Source: Candidatus Omnitrophota bacterium
GTDB lineage: Bacteria; Omnitrophota; Gorgyraeia; DTHP01
Assembly (NCBI GenBank): GCA_023819145.1
Contig: JAMWCW010000002.1
Span: forward strand, 11,231-75,230
Direction: 5' to 3'
DNA: 64,000 nucleotides
Shown: positions 62,447 to 64,000 of the stretch, piece after piece
Layout of the letters: each line of letters starts with the position of its first letter
Position numbering within the stretch: the first letter of the stretch is position 1
Notes under the pieces: generated by a model
What the model was told of the DNA's origin: nothing
Databases searched by the model: none
Seen by the model: only the letters and a program-made list of their open reading frames with translations
Translations under genes and position numbers: made by a program

Positions 62447-63103
62447 TTAGGGTTGTACTATTTTTATTGCCTTTTTAAAATCTTGCCATGCAGCTTTTTT
62501 TTCTGATGGATTACGTAAAAGATATGCGGGATGAAAAGTAGGAATAACCTTTATTCCTTCATAGAGATATTCTTGTCCATGGACTTGGGTCAAAGAAAGG
62601 TCTTTTTTAGATAAAGCAAGATTCGCAAACCTCCCCAAAGCACAAATTACCTTTGGTTTAATAATCTCAATCTGTCGTTTTAAATAGTCAAAACATGCAT
62701 TAATTTCTTGAGGATAAGGAGAACGATTGTACGGTGGACGACATTTTAAGACGTTAGCGATATAAACCTCCTCCCTCCTAAATCCCATTGCTTCAATAAT
62801 CTGCGTAAGTAATTTCCCTGCCTTTCCCACAAAAGGTTTGCCTTCTTTATCTTCTTCTTCACCAGGTGCCTCTCCCAAAAAGATAATCTTTGCATAAGGA
62901 TTCCCTTCGCCAAAAACTATATTTTTCCTTGTTTTGTAAAGAGTACACTTTTGGCAAATTAAGACCTCTTCTCTAATCTCTTTAAGCAAATCTAATCTCT
63001 TCTGAATGCTTCCCCCTTTCATAAAATATTCTACTCCCATCTTTCTCTCTATCTCTAAATAACCCTCAATGTTTCTTAAGGTTTTTTCCAAGAAATTATT
63101 CAT
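62447..63103 (-). CDS. Uracil-DNA glycosylase family 4
   Basis: CQKC, GEAPG, PFVGKAG, NVLKCRPP, TFHPAYLLR. Confidence 0.95.
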   Translation of the reverse strand: MNNFLEKTLRNIEGYLEIERKMGVEYFMKGGSIQKRLDLLKEIREEVLICQKCTLYKTRKNIVFGEGNPYAKIIFLGEAPGEEEDKEGKPFVGKAGKLLTQIIEAMGFRREEVYIANVLKCRPPYNRSPYPQEINACFDYLKRQIEIIKPKVICALGRFANLALSKKDLSLTQVHGQEYLYEGIKVIPTFHPAYLLRNPSEKKAAWQDFKKAIKIVQP

Positions 63104-63168
63104 TTAAATACAAACATAGATTATGCATTGTCGGGGGAGTATTTATTAATAATTAGTGTTTAGAAGAT

Positions 63169-64000
63169 TTATTTAAAATATTCTAAATTTTGCTTGACCC
63201 AACAAATTATTCTATCTATGCCTTCTTCGGGATTAATTTCGGGTTTCCATTTTAAAGTTCTGCTCACCTTAGTAATATCCGAGATATAAACCTTCTGGTC
63301 TGAAGGTCGCCAGTGAGAGAAACTTATTTTTGGACTTTTGCCTGTCTTTTTTTTCAGAAACTTAAACATTTCTAGAAGGGAAATAGTGTTACTTGCCCCT
63401 CCTCCAATATTAAATACCTCATTTTTTATATCGGATTTTATAAACTTATCAAACGCTTCTACCAAATTGCTCACATAGAGCAAATCGCGTACCTGTTTCC
63501 CATTACCATAAACAGTTATCGGCTTATCCAAAAGTGTAGCGATTACAAACCAAGCCACCCACCCTTGGTCCTCAAAGCCAAATTGCCTTATCCCATAGAT
63601 GCAGGACATGCGAAACACTCCAGTTTTCATTCCATAGATATGCGCATATTCTTGAGTATATAAATCTCCCACCAATTTACTTACTCCGTAAGGGGTGTGT
63701 CCGGTTAAATCAGTAGAAAGATTTTCGGAAATCCCTTTAATATCTTTGAAAACATAACGTGTATTTTTCTCCACAATAGGAAATTTATCTACATTTTCTC
63801 CGTAAACTTTATTGGTTGAGGTATAAATAAAGGTTGCCTGAGGCGAAATCTGACGTAATGTCTCTAATACATTAAGCGTGCCAAAGGCATTGATACCAAA
63901 GTCTTCACGAGGCATTCTTACGCTGGAAGGCACCCCCGGTTGACCTGCAGTATGAATAACTACATCCACTCCCTTACCCATTGCTTTTTTCACATCCTCT
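63169..64000 (-). CDS. NAD-dependent nucleotide-sugar epimerase (CDP-paratose 2-epimerase-like); 5' end outside window
   Basis: STNKVYG, PYGVSK, FRMSCIYG, EDQGWVAWF, GKQVRDLL, WRPSDQ. Confidence 0.88.
   Translation of the reverse strand, partial: EDVKKAMGKGVDVVIHTAGQPGVPSSVRMPREDFGINAFGTLNVLETLRQISPQATFIYTSTNKVYGENVDKFPIVEKNTRYVFKDIKGISENLSTDLTGHTPYGVSKLVGDLYTQEYAHIYGMKTGVFRMSCIYGIRQFGFEDQGWVAWFVIATLLDKPITVYGNGKQVRDLLYVSNLVEAFDKFIKSDIKNEVFNIGGGASNTISLLEMFKFLKKKTGKSPKISFSHWRPSDQKVYISDITKVSRTLKWKPEINPEEGIDRIICWVKQNLEYFK

Overview
AT-rich bacterial chromosomal segment made up almost entirely of housekeeping genes, all on the minus strand except one small plus-strand gene (38100-38492). Gene content and order suggest an anaerobic lineage such as Ca. 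Omnitrophota/PVC; this is inference only. Core loci include tsaD, ctpA, gatCAB, CIRCE-controlled groES-groEL, coaX, uvrB, nadC, valS, apgM-cstA-lysC-cimA, rplU-rpmA-obg-proBA-nadD-mgtE, truA, leuCDB-asd, an Opp-type ABC transporter, gap-pgk-tpiA-secG and priA-def-fmt, plus a small GT2/B12-radical-SAM cluster. I found no rRNA, tRNA, CRISPR array, IS or prophage. The most striking unexplained signal is about 20 short, degenerate 7-bp (and some 8-bp) tandem-repeat arrays with several different unit sequences. They sit at gene junctions, sometimes as inverted pairs, and are also inserted in frame into essential proteins (ValS four times, TsaD, NadC, TruA, LeuC, OppC, Asd). Other notable items: a bactofilin fused to an excisionase/BldC-like HTH next to a membrane-anchored HTH protein, a tandem GalT pair in which one copy has lost the catalytic His, a PriA with degenerate Walker motifs, an L27 lacking the AHKK N-terminus, and an unannotated 32-aa membrane peptide after the NSS transporter.
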